Below, in pieces: positions 28,007 to 40,297 of a stretch of 64,000 nucleotides of DNA. Both the position numbers and the translations under genes were made by a program. The stretch's first letter is position 1. Every line of letters starts with the position of its first letter. The notes under the pieces were generated by a model. That model searched no databases. It saw nothing but the letters and a program-made list of their open reading frames with translations, and was not told the origin of the DNA. The stretch comes from Octopus vulgaris (Eukaryota). The stretch is taken from assembly GCA_951406725.2 (NCBI GenBank), contig OX597815.1, positions 116,746,001-116,810,000 of the forward strand, in the 5' to 3' direction.

Positions 28007-30558
28007 GTAAAAAACTTTCACTAACAATTGATTTGGAAAATGTAGAATTATGTATTAGTTTTTATTTTACTTTATTGATTACAGGATTGCTTATTTATTG
28101 AAATGTCTTTGTATTGCACCAGATTTTTATCAAACTTACTTTTGTTTAAATAGTCACTGATTCTTACCCGTTAATATCCTTGGGAAAAGTATAAGTATCA
28201 TAATGCCATTCCTTCTCCTTTTATTCAAAGTCAGTTGTACTAATCACTCACTAGTAAATATCCCAAATTCTTAGTGAATTTTTAATTGCATTAGTTGTAA
28301 AATAATGATCACTTAACTGATCATATATAGATTTCTCATTTATTATAAATGTAATCATATAGATATTACTTTCTGAAATAACGAATCAAACAGTTTAAAA
28401 GTCAATTTGTGTTTAGTTAAAGCAAGATATAAAGATTTTTGTGATTGCAAATATAAATTTGTATCATTTGAGTAGAGAAAATCTAAAATTTGAAATTTTA
28501 TTCTTTCACAGAAATCATATAGGATTAGGATTTTTGATAACATATAGAAAAACTGAAGATAATATATGAAGTTTTCATTTCCTTTTCTATTAAATTAGAA
28601 TGGTTTACTTATCAGTGTCATTCCATTAAAGCTAACTTATTCTTTAAAGGATGTTAATGTCATATTTTCCTTCCTTTACAGTGCTACAACCAACATAATT
28701 CACTTTATATATCTTTTTCTTCTCAATAACACTTTTTCTATGAACTTTAACTTTTCTGAATGTAACTTCAGCTATAAAGGTTCCATTTCATTTTCTTCAC
28801 ATTCTCTTCTTACTAAATCTGTTGGACTTAATTTAATCCTTGAAGTTATTCCCAGCTGATTACCTATATTAGCCAGTTATTTCCAGCTTCTTGTTCTCAG
28901 TAGCTATGCTGCTATAAACATACAAATATAACTTTATAAATCATCTTGGAAACTTTACTGTTACCTCTAACAACTGCTTTACATTACTTACCATATATAA
29001 CGTCTTACATCTCTTGTTCTCTTCAAAAACTGTCTTTACAGCATCTAAAATACAGATTCACTGACTGCTTGTCATCTTACACGATATAATGTCCAGAAAA
29101 ATTTGGTAAACCAAATATTTTGCACATGGCAATAACTTACAATTGACAAAACAGGACACAATCTTGCAGACTTAATCTCACTTATTTGTTATGTCTGAAA
29201 CCAATTCCTTGATCTTAACATCGATTTTGTAAATCCTCATTTCATAACTCTTGAAAACTGCTATTTTCTGATTCTTTATTTTCCTTTATCATGTCATCAT
29301 CAAAACCTTCTACTCAACCAAATCATTAACACTCTATAATTAATTACATCAGTAGCTTTCCTAACAAAGACTGAAGTATTGAGGTGGTTGTCAGCTTACC
29401 AAATGTAATTTAACTAAACACCAGACTGAAAATGTCATTTAATCAATGAAATACACTAAATGTTGAATTCTTATGAAAGATTCTCAGTATAAAATATCCC
29501 ATTTTATAATATACCAATTTAACTTACTTGCACTTACTGTCTTTTATTACCAACTGTTCTTCATTGTAAGGACTACATTTGAAGAACTTACAACTTCTCT
29601 CATCAAAAACTGACCTTCAACTATCCAAGAGCTATATTTACTATTCCCATTTCACTTGAGAAGACTAATCTCACATGAAATCATACTACTTCTTCAGAAA
29701 TCATAACGATTCTTAATGTAGGCATAAAGTTACACATTTTGGGGAAAAAATAAAGTTGCTTAGATCAATCCAAGTAGAAAAACTTATATGAAATGAGTTA
29801 TGTTGGTGCACTGTAAAGAAAAGGAAAATATGACATTTACATTATTTAAAGAATGAGTTAGCTTTAATAGAATGATGCTGTTAAGTAAACCATTTTTATT
29901 TAACAGAAAAGGAAATGAAAACTTCATATGTTATCTTAGTTATTAGTGTTTATTAGCTGCTCTGTTTGTTATATTATTCTTAATATTGTCATTAATAGGG
30001 TAAATATCTGTGGGAGGTGCCAACTAAAGATTTTGAGGATTGCCCACAGACTTAACATACTAAGTACAATATACTTGTCTATAAATAAAGATATGGAATC
30101 ATAGGCATGTTAAAGGTACATGAGTCAGTGGAAAGTTTGGCCACTTTTGAAAACTGACGCCTTATCATTCACTTATAGATCCACTAATATAAATATATGC
30201 ATACGTAAGTATATATATACAGAGGCAAAGTGGCTGAGTTCTTTTCAGGCATTGGGCCCCATAGAGGCAATGACTGAGACCTTTGGCATTATGTTATGCT
30301 TGAGAAGAAGATCCATTAAACCAAGCAAAATCACAGACATGACAGATAATGGTGTCATGAAAATGTCACCTGTGCCTTGGTACATAAAAGCACCCATTAC
30401 ATTCTCGGAATAGTTGGTGTTAGGAAGGGCATCTAGCCATAGAAAACTGCCAAATCAGACTGGAGTCTGGTGCAGCCTTCCAGCGTATCAGCCCTGGTCA
30501 AGCCATGCAACCCACATCTGCATGGACAACGGACATTAACTGATGACGACGACATACA

Positions 30559-30648
<90 letters not shown>

Positions 30649-31285
30649 ATATATATATATACATGTATATATATATATATGCTTAGTCACATAGGTCCTT
30701 CCCAACAGCTAGAGATTAAGAGGCACATTAACTGGTTTCATTATTTAACAACTAATCAGGATTTTTTTATCTCACTTTTCGAACATACTGAGAGAAAGTG
30801 GTAGAAGACCACTTCTTCCAAATGTAAAAAAATTTGTACTGATACTTACTTTATCAACCACGTAAAGATGACTACATGAGCCCACCCTCAATAAGAGTTG
30901 AAGTCAAAACATCAAGGAGCATAATTAAACCTTGCTCGTCATTTAGTCAGCAGTATTACTGATTCTGCTAATCTGCTACTTATTCCTGTAATAAATATTT
31001 TAAAAAATAAAACAATAAGATAAACAATAATAAATATACATCGAAATAGATAGAATCAAATAGTCCTAGAGCCTTACAAAATATCTCTACTGACATTTCT
31101 CAAAATTTTAGGTCTTGCACATAAACTACAACCACTGGAACCTTAATAAAGGTTTTGCAGAAACTGGCGACATGAAAGCCAAATATTAATCTGATATTGA
31201 AAAATATGGTGCTATTTTAAAATGACTTGTCTTCATGCTTCTTTATAAAGTGTTTACATATTATTCATTATCTTCATACTTTTAG

Positions 31286-31410
31286 AGGCACCACGCATTG
31301 TATGGTCAAACAAAAGATTATTAGTTGCGAGTGGAGATTCTTCAACCATGTCATGCAAAGCTGAAGGAATTCCAAAACCAGAGATTAAATGGTTCAGAGG
31401 AAACACTAAG
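31286..31410 (+). CDS. HMCN1: Hemicentin exon: first half of Ig4
   Basis: tttag| acceptor; EAPRIVWSNKRLLVASGDSSTMSCKAEGIPKPEIKWFRGNTK; AAG|gtacag donor, phase 0; absent from the ORF track. Confidence 0.88.
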
Positions 31411-32103
31411 GTACAGTTTGTTACAAATTGTCTTTAACTTGGACAGAACATCCATTGAGTATATAATTTAGTTTTGAGTTTTTTCATATGTAGGCATAGT
31501 AGTAGGCACAGGGATGATTGTGTGAATATGAAGTTGGGTTTGTAACCACATGGTTTCAGGTTTTATTTCACTATGTTGTACCTTGGGCAAGTGCCTTGTA
31601 TTTTAGCATCAGGTTAACTTGTGAGTGGAACTATTGTAGAGAAAATGTATGGAAGCCCATTGTGTGTGTGTGTGTGTGTGTTTGTGCACACTTGTGTACA
31701 CATGAATGTTTGCCCTCAGTGCATCTTTGCTTGATACAATTTTAGCAAAAAGAGTCAAGTTGTGTTTAAGTCTCCTATAATTAATGCATCCTGTAACTAT
31801 GTCTTCTATGTGAACTAAGAGAGGAATAAATAAAAACAACAGTAAGTGTTAGTGACAGGAAAAGCATTTAGCTATAAAATACTACTTCAGTATGTTTCTG
31901 TCCAAATCCATACCAGAATAGTAAAATAAAATGTAAAAGTGAAACAATGAATGAAATGATATGTGAAAATTAACATAATTAATTTCAATTGAACTTAATG
32001 TGTGCACCAAAAATAATTTTAAAATAATCAGCCAAATAATCTGTACACATGTTTCAGCTTGTTTGTTAATAGATTGTTTTAGAAATTTCTACTTTAATTT
32101 TAG

Positions 32104-32248
32104 CTGGAGGGGTTGCCTTACATTAATATAAATGAAAATGGTGAATTAAATATTATGGGAACACAAGAAAGTGATGCAGGGAATTACACTTGTGTTGCTA
32201 TTAATGAAGCCGGGGAAGATTCAGATCAAATTGTTTTACAAGTTGGAT
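32104..32248 (+). CDS. HMCN1: Hemicentin exon: second half of Ig4
   Basis: tttag| acceptor; LEGLPYININENGELNIMGTQESDAGNYTCVAINEAG; T|gtaagt donor. Confidence 0.9.
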
Positions 32249-32987
32249 GTAAGTTTAAAATGTTTTTTCCCCTTATAAAGATTATATTAACCCTTTAGCA
32301 TTTAAACCAAATATCCTACCTGTTTTTTGTTCAAGCCAGCCACATTCAGTCTCTCTTACCTATTTTATAATGTCATTCTGAAAATAAACAATCTCATCAT
32401 CAAAATCTCAAAGCTACAAGAAAATGTATTGATGTAAAGCACAATTAATTCAAAATGATGTGAATAAACTAGTATTATATTTATCTGAGTAATTTGTATG
32501 CTAAAGGGTTAATCATGACTTTTTATATAGATTTTCTAATTTACTCTAATATTTATTAGCTATAAACTTAATTTCCAGGACATTATATTATACACACTTC
32601 CAGCATGTGGTCTTAATCTTTCAGCTCTTTGATTTCTGTAAGCCTGTAGGGAACTAGTCAGGAAATATGCAGAAATTTCTAAAGGAAATAAAAGGAATTT
32701 ATTTTAAAATATATGCAGTGGTATATTTCTGTTTTACTTTGAAATTTATTAAAATTTTTAACCTTCATTGGTCATGTGTGTCAAGTGATGAAAGAAACAC
32801 TCTTTAAAATCAGGTTATAACTTATAGATTGGCATCATACATAAAGTAAAGAAGCCAAGGGTTTATCTTTGTTATTCTTCATCATGTTGGTTGTGTCCTC
32901 ATCCCTCTAGCTACATATTTGATTTTCATTTCTCTTAAGAAATATATAAATGAAATACCAATATTTTAATTTCTCTGAAACTTGTAG

Positions 32988-33170
32988 CAAAGCCAACTTT
33001 CACCCAGCGTCCTATAGATATGACAGCAGAAATTGAGAAAAATGTCTCTATACCATGTGAAGCCACAGGTCTACCAAAGCCAACAATTTTATGGACAAGG
33101 ACTGATGACCAACCAGTTAGTTTTGATGGAAGATTTAGGCACTCACCATCAGGAAGTATTTTTATAATAG
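32988..33170 (+). CDS. HMCN1: Hemicentin exon: first part of Ig5
   Basis: tgtag| acceptor; SKPTFTQRPIDMTAEIEKNVSIPCEATGLPKPTILW; G|gtatga donor. Confidence 0.9.
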
Positions 33171-33601
33171 GTATGACAATTAAAAATAATTTCTTTTTTA
33201 AATATGTTATTTCTTTCCATGGCAGGACAGTGGATGGGGGCCAGCCAGGCTGGGATTTCCCCTGAGATTGATGTTCAGTATATCTTTATATCTGGCTATT
33301 TTTCATGGCAAAAGCACTAGTGAAGATTATGTTGTTATTTGACAAACCTCCATTACTTGCAAGACCTTCCTCAGTGATAGAGGCCTAAAGTAGCCTCTAT
33401 AACTAAAGGAGCACAGAAGAGAGAGTGTGCAATGATTCTAGGCAGGATAATGAGGGAGGGTAAAATGAGAGGAAGAGAGATATAGTTGTAGTAAAGTGGC
33501 ACAGAAGAAAGTAACAGAATAAGAGAGCAGAAGGAGCATGACAGGGAGTGGGGGGAGTCATATATTATTACTAGAAGAAGGGAGGGACAGAATATAAGAT
33601 C

Positions 33602-33950
33602 CATGTATTTGCCAGTAGGCTGTCATTTGTCATGGTGGACAATATTCTCTCAAAGATCCAGGTGTTAAAACACCTGAAAGTTATGGACAAGTAAGATAAC
33701 TCACCTTTAATCCCATTGAGGAGTGGTGGACATCAATGTTCCATCATTTTTGTGGCTTATCAACATCATGTACCCAAACAGGATCTGATGTTGATAAACC
33801 ACAAAAATGGTGAAACATCGATGTCTATCACTCCTTAATGAGATTAAAGGAGAGTTATCTCACTTGTCCACAACTTTCAGGTGTTTAACACCTGGTGCTT
33901 TGACAGAGTATTCTCCACCATGATAAATCACAGCCTACCAGTAAATATAT
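33602..33950. repeat. Long fold-back inverted repeat
   Basis: Arms about 33602-33768 and 33786-33950, 17-nt loop. Confidence 0.9.
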
Positions 33951-34014
33951 AAAGCATGTACATTAAGTGTATGTGGTTGATAATGTTTATTACACTAGTG
34001 CTGCTTCTATTTCC

Positions 34015-34461
34015 TATTTGAATAAATATTTGTCTAGCACTAAGAGTACCATCTGAACATGATCGTTGCCAGAGCAACAAACTGGCTTCTGTGCTGGTGG
34101 CATGTAAAAAGCACCATTCAAGTATGATGGTTACCTGTGTCACCTTACTGGCACTTGTGCTGGTGGCACGTGAAAAAACATTTGAGTGAGGTTGTTGCCA
34201 GTGCCGCTGGACTAGCTCCTGTGCAGGTGGCACATAAAAAGCACCATTTGAGTGTGGCTGTTGTCAGTACTGCCTGACTTGCCCTCATGCTGGTGGCATG
34301 TAAAAGCACCCACTACACTCTCAGAGTGGTTGGCATTAGGAAGAGCATCCAGCTGTAGAAACTCTGCCAGATCAGATTGGAGCCTGGTTCACCAGACCTC
34401 AATTAAATCGTCCAACCCGTGCTAGCATGGAAAGCGGACGTTAAATGATGATGATGTTGAT
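34015..34461 (+). repeat. Abundant LINE 3'-UTR/tail repeat with ~55-bp tandem units and (GAT)n tail (representative copy)
   Basis: Other copies at about 1165-1430(+), 4190-4630(+), 8870-9290(-), 12855-13175(-), 20500-21000(-), 21780-22130(-), 30210-30550(+), 47310-47500(-), 62770-62940(-); shared core GGCATTAGGAAGGGCATCCAGCTGTAGAAAC. Confidence 0.85.
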
Positions 34462-35303
34462 GTATATATATATATATATAATGTATATATATATAAGGAA
34501 AATGAAGAATTTGATCATTCAAATTTTATGTTTATTTCCAATTAATTTATTCATAATGATTGTCCAACACGTGTTTCAATTGCACCAATTGCATATTGTT
34601 GCATATTCATATGCAGCGATTTATGCATGATTAGAATGATCCCATCAGGGCATATAAGTATGACATTTTTTTCAAGAAGAATTTTCCTCCACTATTTGTT
34701 TAAATTAGGTTTGGTAGTAGTACCAGTAAACTGTGACATTCCCCTGTGAGATGTTCCTGTCAATTGTTTGCTTGGGTAAAATTCAGTAGCAACAGCAGCA
34801 GTGTTTGTTGAAGTTAGCAAATGTTCTTGGCTAGGCAGTGAGTGGTTACTTATAGAATACTTAATTTTGATGGATTTTCGAGAAATACAGTACTCTCTTT
34901 GGTATTTTACTCAGAGAAATTCAGTATCTGCCTGGATATTATATCCTGCCTGGGTGGCTTCTGTACAGTGTCTACCAAATTTCACTCACAGAACAGTGAT
35001 TTGCCCTCACCCCATGTACAACCAAGCTCAAAACCTGTGAGATGAACTTCTTATTCACATTGCTCTGCCTGGCTCTAATTTCTGGGTTCAAATGCTAACA
35101 AAGTAATAATTTTAAAAAGATGATTTAAAGAATAAGATAAGCTATCAATATTCAACTATTTTACAATATACATTGTTTAAAAAAATGTACAAAATTAAGA
35201 TTTTTAAATGGTTTCTTGATATCATCATGTCTTTATATAACTTTTAAAAGCTTTTGCAGAATTTCTTTGCTAAATTATTCTATGATTCTCATTTCTTTCT
35301 TAG

Positions 35304-35399
35304 GAGCCATTGTTGAAGACCAAGGAATGTACACTTGCAGTGCTCAGAACCAGTTTGGACTTGCAGAATCTTCTGCATCTTTAACTATCACTGGAATTG
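35304..35399 (+). CDS. HMCN1: Hemicentin exon: second part of Ig5, ending at an inferred GC donor
   Basis: cttag| acceptor; GAIVEDQGMYTCSAQNQFGLAESSASLTITGI; only plausible in-phase donor is TTG|gcaagc. Confidence 0.82.
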
Positions 35400-35915
35400 G
35401 CAAGCATATCATTTCTATATTAATATATTTAAAAGTTTTTTTTTGTGTTTGGTTTTCTTTTTGTTTTCATACTGATATCTGTAGCCTAAATAATTAAAGG
35501 GATTAATAGTTCTTGATTATTTGGTTAATAATTGCAGGAGGTGGGCACTGGTAGAAAAGCATCGCTTCAGGTGAAATCAAGAGAACTGAACAACTTTTTT
35601 CTCTTTTTATGGCAAGGGAGAAATGACTGCAGAGCTCTTGAAACAAAAAGTATTCTTTATTATAAAGAATAAGCTTATACATAACTTTATCAGAATGTTG
35701 AAGAGAGACAGTTACTCTCATCAGTTACCTGATATAACTACTTGGTAGCTTTGATGTAGCACTGAAAGTTTTGTTATGATATATGATGTCTTATCTTTCA
35801 AAGGAAAATATAGTCACACTGCTCTAAATGAACTTTCCCAATTTACTCTTCACTATTGTCAGTTTAACCTATATTCTTGTCTTCTCCAGAATAGGAATTT
35901 GTACTGAGTATTTAA

Positions 35916-36135
35916 CCCTTTCATTACTGAATTTATTTTGAGATGCTCTGTGTTTCTTTCAATTACTTTAAATATAACAAAAAATTTAGTAAAACAACTT
36001 AGTTATCATTCAGCTAGTGTTAGAAACATAAATTGTGACTAAGGTTTGATGGAAGATTTTAATTCAAAACTTATGAAAACAAGACATTTGTACTCAGAGC
36101 CAGAGCCGGTTTCGGCCAGGTTGGTAACAAAAGGG
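35916..36135. mobile_element. piggyBac-type MITE, subfamily 1
   Basis: TTAA|CCCTTT...AAAGGG|TTAA, about 220 bp, non-coding. Confidence 0.8.
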
Positions 36136-36926
36136 TTAAAGACACAATAATACCCTGAGTCTGACCAGAAAAAGAAAATCTTTTACAAGTACTATTTAAG
36201 TAGTTGCTGCCATACAGTAAACATAACAGTTTTCTGGTTTTCTTCCTTGTTTTGTCATTCAAAAAGAAACCACCAAGTTCTCTATTATATCTTATGCAAT
36301 AGATAAAAAAAAAGAAAGTTATAACTTTCACTCCCATCAAAAAGAAATTAATAATAACAAGAGAACTACGTGAAATTTTACATATACATGTAAAGTAAAG
36401 ACAATATAAAAAATAATCCAGAATCTTTGTCCGGTACTGGATCAATCCCAAAATCTAATCAGTTCATGCCAGTTACGAGGCCAAACCTCCCTGAAAGTTT
36501 CATCCAAATCCATCTGGCGGTTCTTGAGATATCTTGTCCATGGACAAAGAAACAAATGAACACAACTGGAAACAATACCTCCACTTTCACTAAGATGGAG
36601 GTAATAATAACAACAACAACAACAACAACAATAATAATAATCCTTTCTACTATAGGTGTAAGGCATGAAATTTTGGAGAGTGGGACGAATTGATTACATT
36701 GACCCCAGTGTTCAACTGGTTCTTATTTTATTGACTCCAAAAGGATGAAAGGCCAAGTTGAGCTCAGCAAAATTTAAATTCAGAATGTAAAGGTAGATGT
36801 CTAGCATTTTGTCTGGCTTGCTAATGATTCCACCAGCTCACCACCTTAATAATAATAATAATAACACAAGCAGCAACCAGTCAAAAAGAAAACAATAGCA
36901 AATGTGAGGCTACATTTATAGGTTAA

Positions 36927-37148
36927 CCCTTTCAATACCAACTTGGCCGAAACTGCCTCTGACTCTGTAGTACAAATGTCTTGTTTTCATAAGTTTTGAA
37001 TTAAAATCTTCCACAAAACATTAGTCACAATTTATGTTCCCAACACTAGCTCAATGATAACAAAGTTATTTTAATAAATTCTTTGTTATATTTAAAATTA
37101 ATTGAAAGACACACAGAGCACCTCAACAGAAATATGGTAATGAAAGGG
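36927..37148. mobile_element. piggyBac-type MITE, subfamily 1, inverted relative to 35916-36135
   Basis: TTAA|CCCTTTC...GAAAGGG|TTAA; internal sequence is the reverse complement of the 35916 copy. Confidence 0.8.
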
Positions 37149-37281
37149 TTAAAGAATAAAATTAAGTGATGGTCCTTTTTGTCATAAAATGCATTTTAAT
37201 GTATTTTTTATTGATAAATTCATATATTTTATCCATATGCATGCTTAATAAAATTAAATATTCTCTGATTCTATTTGACAG

Positions 37282-37545
37282 TAAAACCAGTTATTGCTTA
37301 TGCCAGCCCAATCAACAAAGTAAAAATTGGCGATGATATTGAACTCCAGTGTGATGTGATCTTAGGAAAACCAAGTCCATCCATTATTTGGTTGAGAAAT
37401 GGCGAACTGTTGGAAAGTACACAACAAGGACTAAGTTCAGTTTTAAAAATAAGGAATGTTACAGTAGACGATGATGGTGAATATGTGTGTTTAGCCTCAA
37501 ATATTGGTGGCAACACTACCTTCTTCTACAGAGTTGATGTACATT
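37282..37545 (+). CDS. HMCN1: Hemicentin exon: Ig6
   Basis: gacag| acceptor; VKPVIAYASP...LQCDVILGKPSPSIIW...DDGEYVCLASNIGG; T|gtaagt donor. Confidence 0.92.
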
Positions 37546-37798
37546 GTAAGTATGATCTTACTTCACAAATAATGAATTTAACATGTGAATCATCCTCATC
37601 ATCATCACCGTTTAAAGTCCCTTTTCCATGCTGACATGGGTTGAACAGTCTGACAGGAGCTGACCAGCTGTGGGGCTGTCCAGGCTCCAATTGTCTGTTT
37701 TGGCATGGTTGCTATGGCTGGAACCTGGTGCAGCTCTCCAGCTTACCAGTTTTCAGTCAAACCGTCCAACCCATGCCAGCATGGAAAACAGATGTTAA

Positions 37799-37831
<33 letters not shown>

Positions 37832-38403
37832 TGTGGATGTGTGTGTGTGTGTGTGGAGTGGGGGGATGTGCTTCTTTCAGTTTCCATCTAAAAATTTTAC
37901 TCATCAAACTTTGGTCAGATCAGTGTTATGGTAGAAAGTATTTGGCCAAGGTTCCCTGATTTTAAAAGAAAAGGAGTTCTTTGTTATGAAGAATGAGTTC
38001 ATATATAACTTAATCAAGATGTTGAAAAGAAACAGTTGTTCTCATAAATTATCAAGTACAGTGCTACCAGTTAAAATATCTTAGGTGTAGCTCTGAAGGC
38101 TCTGTCATAATATGATGTCTTATCTCCCTTCTCAGGAAAATACACACTTACTGTTTCACACACAACTGAACTTCTAATATTGTCAGTTTAACCTATATTC
38201 TTGTCTTCTCCACAATAGCAACTTGTACCAAATTGCACTTCTGTTTGAAGTATATTAAATGTATATTTAATACGTGAGTGTGTACGTGTGTGTTAATCAG
38301 AGGTTTCTTATATATATATATATACATATATATATATCATCATCATCATCATCATCATCATCACCATCACCATCATCATCATATATTAGATGATGATGAT
38401 GAT

Positions 38404-38448
<45 letters not shown>

Positions 38449-39046
38449 ACAGACTGACAGATATACATATTAGTCATGCTGTAGAAATACTTTTTCTTGT
38501 TATTGTTGTGTTAGCTTATGATAAATGAGCAACTTCTGGGTGGCTGTTTTCTCAATGATATGTCAGGCAGTGTTACTGTCATATAATAAATAGCTTTATA
38601 AAATATAAAACCCATCAATAATAACTTTAAATCTAGCAATATTTTATTACTGCCAACTGCACTATTTTGTATTCATATCTAATTTAATAATTTTTATTTT
38701 AATATGTTATTTCGTCATTTACTTGAAACTCTATAGTAATTTCCGGAAAGCTCTGTTTACATTCTTTCATCTTTAGTTTTTTCATCTTGCATTTATTAAT
38801 GTCACCCCAAGATTATGTTTGATCTAATTAGTTTACAAGTTTATAGTTTTGTTTGCGTTTTATTTTTTCCTATGGTTATTTACGTGACTGGCCTGGGTTC
38901 TTGGTTAAGAAGCTCGCTTTTCAGTAACGCAGCCTCACATTCAGTCCCACTGCATGGCACTTTGAGCAAATCTACTATAGCTCCAAGTCAACCAATGTCT
39001 TGTGGATGAATTTGGTTGAGGGGAAACAATGTAGAAGCCCGTTACA

Positions 39047-39540
39047 TGTATGTATGTATGTATGTATGTATGTATGTATGTATGTATGTATGTATGTGTA
39101 TGTGTGTATGTATGTATGTATGTATGTATGTATGTATGTATGTATGTATGTATGTATGTATGTATGTATGTATGTATGTATATGGGTGTGTGTTTGTGTG
39201 TGTGTGTGATTGTACTTGTAATGTATGAATTAGCCAGTTGATTTCTCTTTCTGAAAATCCCAGTTTATCCAGATTCTCCTTTAAGCATTTACTAACGAAA
39301 CCCAGTGCTCCAATTATTATTGGTATGAATATGAATTCATAGTTGTATGTATGTATGTATGTATGTATGTATGTATGTATGTATGTATGTATGTATGTAC
39401 GTATGTATGTATGTATGTATGTATGTATGTATGTATGTATGTATGTATGTATGTATGTATGTGTGTGTGTATGTATGTATGTGTGTATGTTATGCATATT
39501 ATGTATGTATGTATGCATGTATGTATGTATGTGTACATGC
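39047..39540. repeat. (TATG)n microsatellite arrays
   Basis: Read directly; similar arrays at 850-980 and 61686-61826. Confidence 0.95.
39207..39345 (-). mobile_element. Short fragment of a second restriction-like-endonuclease retrotransposon between (TATG)n arrays
   Basis: Translates YEFIFIPIIIGALGFVSKCLKENLDKLG, with the same P-x-x-I-G-A-L-G motif as the element at about 43050. Confidence 0.65.
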
Positions 39541-40297
39541 AATGATGTATGCTGCATATAAAAATAGTGATACAATTAATAACATATGTACATATGTATG
39601 TAGGTATGTATGTACATACATACATCTGTCTGTCTCCCTATCTGTCTATCTGTGCTTGTGTTTGTGTGTGTTCTCCCTCCACTGCATGACAACCATTGTT
39701 GGTTTGTTTATGTACTGGTAACCTAGTGGTTCAGCAAAAGGGACCAACAGAGTAAGCACCTCACTTAATGTAAATACTAGGTTTGATTTATTTGGCTAAA
39801 CCCTTCAAGGCAGTGAGTGTTCCAGCATGGCTGTAGTCCAATGATTGAAGTAAGTAAGAGATATTATTAACGCAATGGATTGGCAGGATTGCTAGAGCTT
39901 CAGATATAATGTCTTGTAGTATGTATTCTGACTCTTTATGTTCTGAGTTCAAATCCTGCTGAGGTCAACTTGGCTTTTTACCTTTTCAATAAAAGCTAGT
40001 ACCAGTCAAGTACCAGGGTCAATGTCAGGGACTAGAACCTCTGTCCTAAAATTTCTGGCCCTGTGCTTATGTTAGAAAGAGTTATGAATTATTTTGCTTT
40101 TTTTATATGCTACATAAATAAATCAATTTAAATATCTTAAAGTAATGCCAGGTATCTTTAACACAAGCATGAAGTGTCATGTTTAAAGTGGGTACAGGAA
40201 GTATGATGCTGGATGTACATGCCTTTCTCTAGTGTGGGGTCTCAGGCTCAGTTTGCTGGGAAATTAATACTGCAAACCTAAAGGAAAAATAATAATA

